Source: the human T2T-CHM13v2.0 reference genome, Homo sapiens. Taken from it: DNA of 64,000 bases. The position numbers and the translations under genes are program-made. Below, piece by piece: positions 14,958 through 29,771 of the stretch. The DNA is taken from NCBI RefSeq assembly GCF_009914755.1, contig NC_060929.1. One strand, given 5' to 3'. Positions within the stretch are counted from its first letter, which is position 1. Each line of letters begins with the position of its first letter. The notes under the pieces were generated by a model. That model had not been told where the DNA came from. It worked only from the letters and a program-made list of their open reading frames with translations, and did not search any database.

Positions 14958-16800
14958 GTTTTTATTTATTTTTATTTTTATTTTTACCTTTTAAGTTCAG
15001 GGGTACATATACAGGTTTGTTACATAGGAAAACATGTATCATGGAGTTTTTTGGTACAGATTATTTCGTCACCTAGTTATTAAGCCTAGTACCCATTAGT
15101 TATTTTTCCTGATGCTCTCCCTCCTCCCACCGATAAGCCCCATTGTGTGTTGTTCCCCTCAATGTGTCCATGTGTTCTCATCATTTAGCTCACACTTATA
15201 AGTGCGAACATGTGGTATCTGGTTTTCTGTTTCTGCCTTAGTTTGCTAAGGATAATGGCCTCCAGCTCCATCCATGTTCCTGAAAAGGACATGATTTTGT
15301 TCTTTTTTATGACTGCAGAGTATTCCGTGTGTACCACATTTTCCTTATCCAATCTGCAATGGATGGGCATTTAGGTTGATCCTATGTCTTTGCTATTGTG
15401 AATAGTGCTGCAAAGAACACGTGTGCATGTGTCTTTAATAATAGAACAATTTATACTCCTATGGGTATATACCCAGTAATGGGATTACTGGGTCAAATGG
15501 TATTTCTGTTTTTAGATCTTTGAGGAATTGTTACACTATCTTCCACAATGGTTGAACTAATTTACACTCCCATCAACAGTGTATAAATGATCCTTTTTTT
15601 CTGCAACCTTGCCAGGATCTGTTATTTTTTGACATTTTAGTAACAGCCATTCTGACTGATGTAAGATAGTATCTCATTGTGGTTTTGATTTGTATTTCTC
15701 TAATGATCAGTGATGTTGAGCTTTTTTTCACATGCTTGTTGGCTGTATATATGTCTTCTTTTGAAAAGTGTCTGTTTATGTTCTTTGCCCACTTTTTAAT
15801 GGTTTTTTTCTTGTAAGTTTGTTTAAGTTCCTTAAAGATGCTGGATATTAGACATTTGTCATATGCACAGTTTGCAAAAATTTTCCCTCATTCTGTTGTC
15901 TTTTCACTGTGTTGATAGTTTCCTTTATTGTGCAGAAGCTCTTCAGTTTAATTAGATCCCGTTTGTCAATTTTTGCTTTTGTTGCAATTGCTTTTGGCAT
16001 CCTCGTCATGAAATCTTTGCCTGTTGCTATGTCCAGGATGGTATTGCCCAGGTTGTCTTCCAGGGTTTTTATAGTTTTGGGTTTTACATTTAAGTCTTCA
16101 ATCCATCTTGAGTTGATTTTTTAATATGGTGTAAGGAAGGGGTCCAGTTCCAGTCTTCTGCATATGGCTAGCCAGTTATCCCAGCAGCATTTATTAAATA
16201 GGGAATCTCTCCCCCATTGCTTCTTTTTGTCAGACCTGTAGAAGATCAGATAGATGTAGGTGTGTGGCCTTATTTCTGGGTTCTCTATTCTGCTCCATTG
16301 GTCTATGTGTCTGTTTTTGTGCCAGTACCGTGCTGTTTTGGTTACTGTAGCCCTGTAGTACAGTTAGAAGTCAGGTAGTGTGATGCCTCCAGCTTTGTTC
16401 TTTCTGCTTAGGAATGCCTTAGATATTTGGGCCCTTTTTTGGCTCCATATGAATTTTTAAAAAGGTTTTTCTACTGCTGTGAAGAATGTCAATGGTAGTT
16501 TAATAGGAATAGCATTGAATCTATAAGTTGCTTTGTGTAGTATGACCATTTTCATGATATTGATTCTTCCTATCCATTAGCATAGAACTTTTTTTATTTG
16601 TTTGTGTCACCTGTGATTTCTTTGAGCAGTGTTCTGTAATTCTCCTTGAAGAGATTTTCACCTCCTACTTAGCTGTATTCCTCAGTATTTTATTCTTTTT
16701 GTGGCAATTGTGAATGGGATTGGGTTTCTGATTTGGCTCTCAGCTTGACTGTTGTTTGTGTATAGGAATGTTAGTGATTTTTGCACACGAATTTTGTATG
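14958..16800 (-). mobile_element. L1PA (about PA13-type) 3' 1.8 kb, inserted in an older + strand L1M
   Basis: Poly-T start, ...TACAGATTATTTCGTCACC...CCCATTAGTTATTTTTCCTGA 3' UTR, then antisense ORF2 C-terminal sequence (ORF 15185..15370). Confidence 0.9.
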
Positions 16801-18964
16801 TTAACTGCTGAGACTTAGGAGAGTAAATTTTCAAAAATTGAAATCATAGTTGAGAAAACAGAAAAGACTGGTCCAAGAGACCCAATAGTTAAGTAGTTGC
16901 TAATCCAGAAGGAGAAATAAGGAACCACGGAGAAGTAGAAATCAAAGAAATAATAGAAAAAACTTCCATAAACTACGCCTTTCCATAATATGAATCTCAG
17001 ATCTTCAGATCTTTATTTCAGATATAAAAGGATTTACCACGTTAATGAAACAGAATTAATAAAATACTATGGAGGGAAATACATCCTAGTCAAATTTCTG
17101 AACTCTAAGGATAGAAAAACAAACTTAGAATTGTACAAGCAGAATTAACATATGGCTTACACAGGAAAGATAATTGCATCAAATAGGAAAAGTGTAAGAT
17201 GGGAGCAGGAATAGGGAGAAAGCCACATAGGTCAGGACAGGTGACTGCCTGGCAAAGTGGATTATGCACCTGCCTGCTATTCTCCAGCGGTAGCATAAGC
17301 TGTCCCTCCTCCCAGGACAGCAATGGCTACCTGACAGCAGATTGTTAAATAGCTCTCATTTCATTCTGCTTCAAATCTCTGACCCCAACTAGTTTAGACC
17401 AGACAGAGACAGTGGCAACAGGAAGAAGAGAAGGAACCTACATGATGGACTGGCACTGGATAATCTGGCCAGGATGGACTGGTGAGACAGATGCTCCTGT
17501 TTATCTGGATTAATTGAATTGCTATTAAAGAATCAGAAAAAAAATTCAACCTGAAAATTTTGGAAGCCTTGTGTGGCTCTTGGCCTATGGCATGCTGTAC
17601 TTCCTTCTATGTTGATGACCTGGACTTTTTTATACTGAAGATTAAGAAACAGAAAAATCCAAATATGCCACACAGTGGCTAATCCACCATGGTATATTCA
17701 ATGATTGGAATATAATGGAGAGGTTTATGGAACAGATAATCTTTAAATACCTAAGACCAGAACTTGAAGTCCATTGATTTCTTGTAACCTCTGCTGAACA
17801 CTCCACAAAACGGAGAATACACGACTGAATTAACATTTGAGCTTTTCCATTTTGTAGGCTTCTAACTGGCTGTACAGACCAGCTTTGCTTTACCTGCATC
17901 TTGGACATTAGGGACAATTAGAAGAACAAACAAAAACAGTCTTCTCTGGAGGCCAATCATGATCAGCAGCTTGAGACATTGCTTCCCAAGTGTTTGGAAG
18001 GGAACTGTAGATTCCATACATACTGAAATTAAGGTGAAGAATTGAGAGACTGTAGGAAGTCAAAGTGTACTGACACAGTAGCCATTACACATCACACGCA
18101 CTTCTGGAGGCTCAACACTGGTTTCAATGCTTGAATTCTAGCCATCATGTTACAAAGGATTATGAATGACAGAGCTAGCATTTGTTATCACATTCCAATG
18201 TTTAAAGTCATGTTGTAGGATTGATTTTATAGTTAATGGGAAGGAGATCATCTTTCTTATTACCTAGTTTGTATGGATGGTTGGTAAACCTGGCTTGACA
18301 ATAAGACTGAGTATAATGATTTAATTAGTATATCAACATGCGAATGTAGAGGCAAGCCAAAATACTTATTTTGCCCCAACTTAAATATCTAAATATTAGA
18401 TAGTTATCTAATGTTCAGTGTAACAATAAAGAAAAGAGTTTTAGTTTTTCTGGCCCCGATATTTTGTATATTAACAAATTTTCCAAAACCGAATAGAATT
18501 TAACAATTCAAGAAAATAATGCTTAAGTCATATATATCTAAACGTATAAGAACTTGTTTATTTTTTACCCTTATGCTTTGAGGGGGAAACATAAAAGAAA
18601 CTATTGTTTTTAAAGAAGAAAGTAAACATTGAAAAAAAATCCCCACGATCTTGTTTACACATTTGTGAGATTCTAGTCATTACCATTTAAAAATTATTTT
18701 TTGTCATCCTGAAAAATATTAGGAGGATTCTTTTTAACAAATGCTCTTGGAACTAAGAAACTAGTACAGGCTATTCTGCTTCAATGTGTGTATCTATAAT
18801 ACATATTAGCTTTCGAGCAGGTGGTAAATAGAGAATGGAGTCAATATAAAGTGGAGGCTATGTTAGGTGAGATGCAGTTTTTCTTAGCAAAGGAAACCAG
18901 CATAGTGAGAGTAAAATTATAGTTTTCAACAGGAAAGGGAAAAGCTCTAATGTTGCCTGCTGCT

Positions 18965-19223
18965 CAGTCATCACTTCTGGAGGAAGGCCTTTCTTGATCA
19001 CCTGTGTGGTATAGGACTATCATTCTGTATCCTATTACCCTGCTTGATTGACTGCGCGAGGCTTAGTATTTAAAGATGTATTATTATTTTGTTTATTCAT
19101 TTATTGTTTGCCTTTCTAACTAGAATGTAAGCTCCATGAGGGTAAGATCTTTTCTGTATGGTTTACTGCTGTTTGGCACATGGCAAAGGCTCAATAAATA
19201 TTGATTGATTGAATAAATGAATA
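18965..19223 (+). mobile_element. L2 3' end
   Basis: TAGAATGTAAGCTCCATGAGGG...CTCAATAAATATTGATTGATTGAAT. Confidence 0.8.
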
Positions 19224-20140
19224 ATGGCTTCTTCTTACTTTGTCAATGCCAAATTTGGCTTTGTTCTTCCTCAGCATTCATCTTAGGTGACGGGGAAATA
19301 TTCTCCTTTCACATCCTACAGTTGCAATAATTCAGAATGAGAGCTGCAAATTGAGGAAGCTGGTAACCTAAAGGGATATAGGATAAAAAGAGCCTGTCTG
19401 TTTAGAAAAATATTTTCTTTTACTTCAAGGCTCAAGTCAGGTCTTTGATACTTATCCACAAAGCTAAGAGCCCCAGCTTTAGAGTTTTTGTGTGTCAAGA
19501 GCATTTTCATTATATGTGTCAATAGGTGACACTAAGCAATGCATTTTAATGAGAAATGTTACATTCAACATTTCCCTTCTTTGCTTCTATGAGTCCTCCA
19601 TTACAGCCAAGTTGGTCTATTTGCTGGTCTTCATTCTCCCTCCAGCCCCCACCATCTTCTTCCCTGAACTTCTCTCATCTCTACCTTTGCCCTTGTGGCT
19701 GCCTACACCACATTTGCACCAGGACTACACTTTCAACAGGCTGCTCTCAGGCAATGATTGAGCACAGGGGAAAATTAAGGAAGGCCTATTTTTGTGAGGT
19801 GCAGGACCCCTTTGATGGGTGACTTTGGCTAAAAGACTCCACTTTGACCTGACCTAAACTACCTTAGAACTGCTTTTTCAGTCTAAGATTCTGCTTATCC
19901 AACTCTCCTTCCTTCCATCTCTCCTTACAGGACCCAACTTGCATCAGGCTAAAGAGAATATAGGAGCCCATCTGCCTAGGCAAAAATATTTCATGTGGAA
20001 TTCGCCCTATAGAGACATCTGTGTAGTCTGCTTTATGGTGGGACTCTGATTCCCTTACTTAAATCCACTGCTCCCTCTGCTTGGTCTCAGCCCAGTGACC
20101 TCAGTGGTATGCTGGTAAATGTTGAAAAACCAACTCACTA

Positions 20141-20506
<366 letters not shown>

Positions 20507-20657
20507 CTATAGTGTAAATCCTCCCACCGTGGGTAATTTCAAGCTTCCAACATGTCATCCCTGAATGCAGAGTAAGAAAGAGATGCTGAGTAGCTCACCA
20601 TTATACAGCATTTTCACACTACAGATACAATAGATGCAACTAACCTCAAGGACATAG

Positions 20658-20987
<330 letters not shown>

Positions 20988-22452
20988 ATAATAATTTTAA
21001 TAATGGCTGTGTTTAACAAGTGGTTCGTGAAATTCTGGAAAATTTAACAATTGGCTCTCATAAGTCTGTATGAGCTGCCTCAGCACATTACTAGTTTACC
21101 ACAACCTTGATTTCTGATTGTTCAAGCAGGGGTTACAAGGTCTCTACCCAAGCCACTGATATTGACTTATACCATAGAGGAGCTGGAAAGGAGCTGAGAG
21201 CAGCTTTTCTCCTACTTGTTCATTTTATGTCTAGGAAAATTGATGTCCACAGAGTTTATCCATTCAAGTAAGGAAAATGCCATGAACTGGGTCTCCTCAA
21301 GTGTATATATTTCTGATATACTCATTTTACCAGGAATAGATGATGGAAATTGGATTCCCTCTTTTGTTAATAGATCATCCAATGAATTATTTGGCCCTGG
21401 AGGAGTTCTATTCTCTAGTGGCTTTCCTGTGAAACACTGAGTTGGAGGATGACTTTACTAAAAGGTCCCAGATTCCCTTTAATATATAAACTCTTTGCAT
21501 GAGGATTTATTTATGAATTGCCAATCAGAAAAAAAAATGCACTGATGCACAAAGCTATTTAATCAATTGTTTATAAGTATACACAGACAGTGTTCCTTAA
21601 CTTTATTAGAGCCCACTGGAGACTTTTCCCAGGATGCATGCCTAATTAACAGAGGCCATTAAAAATAGACGACTATGTTATAAGAGCTCAGTTAACTGTT
21701 GTTTTCTTCATATTAGACTAGTTTTTAAAAGATTCACTTTCATCTTTTTACTCACTAATTAGCTGGGCATTGATAAATAGCAATGGTTGGCCTTTATCCT
21801 TGGTTTCAGCTGCAAATTAAGTAAAAATAAAGTGTACTGAATATTTTATTTTTACTGCAGGTAGATCTTACTTCTGGCAGAAAACAAACTAGAGTTAAGC
21901 CATTCAAAAAAGGTAATCTTAAAACACCAGAATGAAAGGCTAGATTTTTCTTACTTGCCTGCGATATTGAGAGAGACCCTTGACAGGCTCTGAAATGTTG
22001 GACTTCAGGAACGATGCATTATTTATAAAGTGGAGAAAGGGAGAAAACAGTGCAAGAAAAAAGATACAGAGGCTTACAATATTGCTCTTTTCCCTCTTAG
22101 AGAAAAGTATAAGATGATTGCCAATGAATACCCTTAAACCCAGAGTGAGGAACCATGTATATTAATTAATAGAAAAATGCCTTTTTGTTGTTAAAAGAGC
22201 ATTTTTCCTTTGGTGAGAAAACTCACTTCTCTTTGACATCAGCACATGGTACATGTAAGATAGGTTCCCACTGAAAGTTTTTGATGGCGTGAGCCAATAT
22301 AAAAACATTATGTAACTCACTAAATGTTTTAGACACTTTTAAGACAAAAATCAGTATTAAATATCATAAATATTAAGAAGCCACATTGCCATTAAGTGAA
22401 AGCTTAAAGACTAAGCACAATCTATTAAAACACTGTCATGCAACTTTACATA

Positions 22453-24770
22453 CAGGCATATACCTCAGATATATTGCAGGTCCCAGATCACTGCAATAAA
22501 GATACTATCATAATAAAGTGAGTCACACAAATGTTTTGGTTTTCCAGTGTATATTAAAGTTATGTTTACACAATACTATAGCCTATTAAGTGTGCATTAT
22601 GTGCATTATAGCATTATATCTAAAAATGAACATAATTAAAAATACTTTATTGCTAAAAACTGCTGAGCCTTCGACAAATCATCTTTTCGGTAGTTTACGA
22701 TCTTACCTTAATGTGGATGGTAGCTGACTTATCAGGGTGGTTGTTGCTGAAGGTTGAAGTGGCTGAGATGTTTTCTAAATATAAGACAACAATGAAATCT
22801 GTTGCATTGATTGACTCTTCCTTTCATGCAAGATTTCTCTGTAGCATGTGATGCTGCTTGATAGCATTTTACCCATAGTAGAACTTCTTTCAAAAATTGG
22901 GGTCAATCTTCTCAAACTCTGCCACTTCTTTAAGAATAAATTTATATAATATTCTAAATCCTTTATTGTCATTTCAACAATGGTCACAGCATCTTTATGA
23001 GTAGATTTCTTCTCAAGAAATCACTTTCTTTGCTCATCCATAAAAAGTAACTCCTTACATGCTATAACATTAGATTGCAGCAATTCAGTGACGTCTTCAG
23101 TTCTAATTCTAGTTCTCTTGCTATATCTATGACATCTGTAGCTACTTCCTTCCCTGAAGTCTTAAACCTCTCAAAGTCATCCATGAGGACTGAAATCAAC
23201 TTCCTCCAAACTACTATTAATGTTAGTATTTTCACCTCCTCCCATGAATCACAATTGTTCTTCATGGCATCTAGAATGACGAATCTTTTCCAGGCAGCTA
23301 TAACTCTATAATACATTTTTTTAAATAAAAAGACTTGAAGTTGGACTTGATCATTGACCCATAGACTACAGAATGGATATTGTACCAGCAGCCATGAAAA
23401 CAACATTAATATCCTTGTACATCTCTGTCAGAACTCTTGGGTGACTAGGTACATTGTCAGTGAGCAGTAATATTTTGAAAGGAATATTATTTTATGAGCA
23501 GTAGGTCTTAGTGGTGGAATTAAAATATTCAGTAAACCATACTGTAAACAGATACGCCATCATCCAGGTTTTGCTGTTACATTTATAGAGCACAGGAGGA
23601 CTAGATTTAGCATAATTCTTAAAGGTACTAGGATTTGCAGAATAGTAGATGAGCATTGGCTTTAACTTAAAGTCACCAGCTGCATTAGCCCCTAACCAGA
23701 GTCAGCCTGTCCTTTGAAAACTTGAAGCCAGACACTGATGTTCCCTTTCTAGCTATAAAAGTCCTAGATGCATCTTCTTTCAATACAAGTCTGTTTCACT
23801 GACACTGAAAATCTGTTGTTTAGTGTATTTATCTTTATCAGTGATCTTAGCTAGACCTTCTGGATAACTTGCTGCAGCTTCTACGTCAGCACTTCTTGCT
23901 TCACCCTGCCCTTATGTGTTATGGAGATGGTTTCTTTCCCCTAAGCCTCATGAACGGACCTCTGTTAGCTTCAACTTTTGGTCTGCAGCTTTCTCACCTC
24001 TCTCAGCCTTCACAGAACTAAAGAGAGTTAGGGACTTGCTCTGGATTAGGCTTTGGCTTAAAGGAATGTTGTAGCTGGTTTGATCTTCTACCCAGACCAC
24101 TCAAACTTTCTCTCTCCTAGCAATAAGACTCTTTCACTTTTTAAATCACTCATGTGTTCACTGGAGTAGCACGTTTAATTTCTTTCAAGGACTTTCCTTT
24201 GCATTCCCAACTTGGCTAACTGTTTGGCACAAGAGGCCTAGCTTTCAGCCTATTTTGGCTTTCAACACACCTTCCTCACTAAGCTTAATCATTTCTAGCT
24301 TTTAATTTAAAGCAAGAGACATGCAACTCCTCCTTTCACTTGAACACTTACAAGCGTTGTGGGATTATTAATTGGCCTAATTAAATATTGTTGTGTCTCA
24401 GGGAATAGGGAGGCTCAGGGAGAGGGAGAAAATCAAGGGAACTGCCAGTTGTAGCAGTTCGAACACATACAACATTCATTGATTAAGTTCATCATCTATC
24501 CACATAGTTTGTGGTGCCCCAAAACAATTACAATAGTAATATCAAAGGTCACTGATCACGGATCACCATAACAGATATAATTATAATAAAAAATTTGAAA
24601 TATTGCAAGAATATCCAAAATGTGACACAGTTATAAAGTGAGAACACGCTGTTGGAAAATGGCACCAATAGACTTGCGCAATGCAGAATTGCCACAGACC
24701 TTCAATTGGATAAAACAACAACAACAATGCAGTATCTGAGAAGCTCAATAAAGCAACATACATGAAGTAT
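22453..24770 (-). mobile_element. Near full-length Tigger1 (TcMar/pogo) DNA transposon with decayed transposase
   Basis: CAGGCATA..CCTCAGATATATTGC terminus; ~2.3 kb; ORF fragments 23062..23406 and 22775..22987 (...DSWEEVK...DDFERFKTS...DIARELELE) are Tigger transposase-like. Confidence 0.9.
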
Positions 24771-26379
24771 TACTATATTACATAATGCAATACAAATTTC
24801 CTTTGTGACTGTTACTGGTTTTAAAGGCAGACTGATTTAAGCCAAGACAGCATCTCTTAGAATAATGGTGTTACTACACAAGGTGATGCCTTCCAGGAAA
24901 ACATTTGCTTGGCTGTTCACATCCTGAATTATTCATTTTTAAAAACCAGACTCACCACTTCTGTAGTCAGAGCTCTACATTGTTAGAAATCAGTTCAGAG
25001 GCGAAGGGAAAGCAAGTTATTCGAGGGAAACCTCAGAGGAATCGGAGACAATCAGTAGCTGCTCAGAGAGGCAGTGAATGTAGTGTCCCCTTACCCAGTG
25101 ACAGAGCTGGCTGGTGAACCCAGCGCTTTTGAATATGATCAGCCAGTATCCAAATCCTCTGGCTGTGGTGGATTTCTTCTTGACATTTTTACTCACAGCT
25201 GTTCTCAGCATCTTGCCACCTGAAGCATGCAAAAGTGGAGAAGGATGCTTGTACATCCCCACTTCTTTTCTGATTAGAATAGGCAGCTTGCTACATTCTT
25301 AAGTAGAACTTAAAGATGTTGATTTGACTTATCTCTACTAGGATATAGAGGATCATTCCATCCTTTCTTGAACTCCTCTCCTTTTCCTCTCACCCCACCA
25401 TGCACAAACCATGCTACCTCTTCCAAGTAGCATTGCTTTATAATGCGCAGAAGATTTTGCCATTATAATTAAGGAAATCTCATCTCAACTTAATGGTTAG
25501 TCACAGTCATTATTTAAGTCTCTGTATTTATTTATCTTACCTTCTCTCTGTACCTTACTATCTTTATTGTCTATTTTTGCAGTGCTGTGGAAGCGGCTTT
25601 TATTGTGGCTACCTCAAATTCTTTCTAGGATTGAAAGGAATGTACTCTAAATTGGTAAATCATTTTGAGAACCATATAGAAACAAGAGACAATGTGAAAT
25701 TGACAAGACTGTTGACAGATTTCCAGTTTTGATACCTTGTGTGATCTTGATCAAGGTAATTCATCTCATTGAGTCTAGTTTATTTGCTTGAAAAGGAAAG
25801 ATATTGACTTGATTTTTCCTCATAGAATTGTCACAGCATGTGCAGTGTACAATATTTTAAAACTCCAAGTGAATGTGCTACCTGCTGGAAAATAACATAA
25901 AATAGCTTAAGAGTAACTGAGATAATCTGTTGAAGCTAGAATTTACCAAAATTATCATTCTTGAAGGATCAAGAAAGAAGAGACATAAATGTGATTTCCT
26001 AGAAATAGCAAAATGTCATAAATACATTGCTGTGCTGACATGTCGTGCAATAAATTCTTACAGAATAGGGTCATGGGTGTAAACATGGAAAGAATAAGAT
26101 TGGTAGTCCCAAATCCTAATTTAACCTATGCAGCTCTAAGATGAACTTTCTGGGGAGCACTGTTTAAACAACTTTGCCTTCCATCTTATGGGTGTCATCT
26201 GGCATTTCTAGTAGCTGACCACATTAAAGAAATAAGGATGGAAACGTTTAAAGTCCATCAGATAATTTCTGGAAAGATTCCAACCTTTTTGGGATAATGC
26301 TGCTATAAAAACAATAAATATTATTTTTAATACAGAGATGATCTTATATAAGTGAAATATCATATTTAACTATAATAAT

Positions 26380-28125
26380 AAACTTTATTTTTTGAAAGGT
26401 TTTAGGATCACAGCAAAATTGAGTGGAAAGTACAGGGAGTTCCCATTTACCTTCTCTCCCTATACATGCACAACTTTCCCCCATCCATATTTCCTGCCAC
26501 AATGGTACATGTGCTACAATCAATGAACCTACATTGACACACCTTCATTACCCAAAGTCCATAATTTATATTAAGGTTCACTGTTTGTGTTGTGCATTCT
26601 ACAGGTTTGGACAAATGTATAAATGAAATGTGTCCACAACTGTAGTATCACACAGAATAGTTTTACTGTCTAAAAATTCTCTGTATTTTTCCTCCTCCTA
26701 CACATCTGATAATGACTGACCCTTTCTCTAGTTCCATAGTTTTGTCTTTCCAGAATGTTTTACAGTTGCAATCATACAGTATATATCCATTTTAGATCGA
26801 CTTCTTTCACTTACTAATGTGTATTTATGTTTTTTCCAAGTTTTGCATGGCTTGATAGCTCACTGCTTTTTAGTGTTGAATAATATTGTATTGTCTACAT
26901 GTACCACAGTTTATTTATCCATTTACCTGCAAAGGACATCTTGATTACTTCCAAGTTTTGGCAATGATAAATAAAGCCGCTATAAACATCCATGCGTAGG
27001 TTTTTGTATGGATATGAGTTTTCATCTCATTTGGGTAAATACCAAGTAGGATGATTGTTGGATCATATGGTAAGAGTATGTTTAGTTTTGTAAGAAACTG
27101 TCAAACTGTCTTCCAAAGTGGCTGCACCATTTTGCATTCTTAACAGCAGCAAATGCTTACATTATCCATTTGTTCTTGCATTGTTGCCTACTTTTTCCAT
27201 TAAAAGCGTTAGCATATTAATTAGGTTTTTTAAAATTTCCTGGTCTGATAATTCCAACATTCCTTACATATTTGACTCTGGCTCTGGTCCTTCAAACTGT
27301 ATTTTTCCTTTTCAAATGCCTTGTAATTTTTTACTGAAAGGTGGGCATGATGTACTGGGTGAAGAAAATGTAATAAATAAACCTTTAGTAAAGTAGTAGT
27401 AAGGTGTAGGGGGAGGGGAAGCATTCTATAGTCCTGGTGTTTATTAGTCTCCATCTTTTGGTAAGCCTGTACCCTTGAGCTGTGAACTTCACAGGTGCTG
27501 TTTAGTATACCCATCCCTCTTAGGTGAGACAGGATGGCTACAGGGGGCTGGAGTTGGATATTTTCCTTTCCCCACATCAGTTTAGCTGTGATAAAACCCC
27601 AGCAGGTTAGGGTCTGATAAGATAGTTTGTCCTGTAGGCAGGACTTGTAAAGCAGAACAGAATGCTCTGGAATATTTCAAAATGGCCATTTTTTCTCCTC
27701 CTAGCAAGAGTGGATTTTTTTTTTTTCTGTAATATTCACTGTGAGGACCAGGTCCAGCTCCTGAAGGTAAAACTCTCAGAAGCACTGAGGATCCCCATGA
27801 CTGAGCCCCCCACTGGAGTTTCCAGCTCTCAAACTTGTCCATACTGAGCCGCCAGCGATTTGTCAATTATAGTTTAGGCTTTCCCACCTTGACACTGGTT
27901 CCTGTAGAGGTTCCTATTCCTGGGTTTCTGCTTCAGTAAATCGTGATTCTCTGTATCCCCCTGTCTGTCTCTCCAGTTTTGGGAGCAGTGATTTGCCCTG
28001 TGGACTTACTTCTCTGACAGATCTGAGAAGAGTTGTTGTTTTTCAGTTTGTTTAGCTTTTTACCCTTTTAAGAATGGAATGGCGATTTACAAGCTCCTTA
28101 TGTGCCAGAACAGAAACTGGGAGCC
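26380..28125 (-). mobile_element. Old L1M (L1MC/MD-like), 3' end joined to a 5' region
   Basis: L1MC-type 3' UTR (ACAGCAAAATTGAGTGGAAAGTACAG...) followed by antisense 5' sequence resembling 45110-45750. Confidence 0.75.
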
Positions 28126-29152
28126 TAAAGTAGAACTTCTATGTTTAATGACTTTTATGGCTTCCTAAAATTATGGACATGAAATTGCCTTGCAGAATAA
28201 ATGCTGGATTCACTCTTTCTTCTTGAATATGCCAAAGGTTCTTGCTCCTTAGTTCAACACTAGAATTAAAAGGACCCATTTTGTATTACTGGGAATTTGT
28301 AATGATTAACATTTCAACTGTTCCTTTTCTTTTAATAATAGAAGAAATTTGCATATTGAAAAGTTTAATTTTTATTATTTTATGTAACTTGTGTAAATAT
28401 AAATATATTTATAATATATAAATATATAAATATATTATATATATATGGTGCCATATGACATATTGTATGTAAAAAAATTATCCTTACCCTGTGGGAGCTT
28501 CCAGTCTAAAGTGAATTATCTTCCTTTCATACAGCAGCCATTTTTCGTAGGGTATGATGGCAAAGCCAAGAGAAAAATGTTAATGTTCTCCATCTCTTCT
28601 CGGTACCTGCTGGTCTCAGACTACAATAAAAGTTCTAAAATATTAAAAAGCAAAATATGCAGCCTAAGAATAAGGTTCACAATATTTATTAAAATTGTCA
28701 TTAAAATAAATGTAAGTAAATGTTCTTATACTGCTTAAGTCAGACTGCTGCTTTATTTTCTTGAAAGAGTCTAAAATGCATACAAACTGCATGATTCTAT
28801 ACTTTTTTTTCTTGTTTTTCTCATCCAACATATATGAAATAATGGCTGAATCCTTTTATGTCAAGACACTGCTGGGCAATAAATCACTTCTATTTTAAGC
28901 AATGTGATTTCATTTATCTCTGATCAAGGCATCAAAACAGTTGCTTAAATTAGTAAGACAAACCCAAGAGAAACAAGGGTTGGATACCTCTGTTAACCTT
29001 TTATTTCTTTGCAATTATTTTCAGATACCTTGTTCAATGGTCTTATTACTTTTCAATACATGGCATCATCTTTGCTTCTGCTATCAAAGAATGTGCTGCA
29101 CAGATTTAGAATCACATGTAATCTATACTGCGTTTTTAAAAAATGTATTTCC

Positions 29153-29771
29153 GCAATAAACATACGTGTGCATGTGTCTTTATAGCAGCATGATTTATAG
29201 TCCTTTGGGTATATACCCAGTAATGGGATGGCTGGGTCAAATGGTATTTCTAGTTCTAGATCCCTGAGGAATCGCCACACTGACTTCCACAATGGTTGAA
29301 CTAGTTTGCAAAGACTTGGAACCAACCCAAATGTCCAACAATGATAGACTGGATTAAGAAAATGTGGCACATATACACCATGGAATACTATGCAGCCATA
29401 AAAAATGATGAGTTCATATCCTTTGTAGGGACATGGATGAAATTGGAAATCATCATTCTCAGTAAACTATCGCAAGAACAAAAAACCAAACACCGTATAT
29501 TCTCACTCATAGATGGGAATTGAACAATGAGATCACCTGGACACGTGAAGGGGAATACCACACTCTGGGGACTGTGGTGGGGAGGGGGGAGTGGGGAGGG
29601 ATAGCATTGGGAGATATACCTAAGGCTAGATGACGAGTTAGTGGGTGCAGCGCACCAGCATGGCACATGTATACATATGTAACTAACCTGCACAATGTGC
29701 ACATGTACCCTAAAACTTAAAGTATAAAAAAAAAAAAAAAGGAAATATCTTCCCATAAAAACTAAAAAAAA
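29153..29771 (+). mobile_element. L1PA2-type insertion with 5' inversion (twin priming) and short 3' transduction
   Basis: Antisense L1 at 29153-29307 and sense L1 at 29308-29725; GATGAC-GAG-TTAGT diagnostic (not ACA/ACG); two A-tracts; 15-bp TSD AAAAAATGTATTTCC at 29138-29152 and 29772-29786. Confidence 0.95.

Noticed and set aside
26380-28125. L1 5' region joined directly to its 3' end, possibly a spliced L1 retrocopy
   Set aside because: The junction near 27150 is too diverged to show splice sites; ordinary deletion is equally likely.
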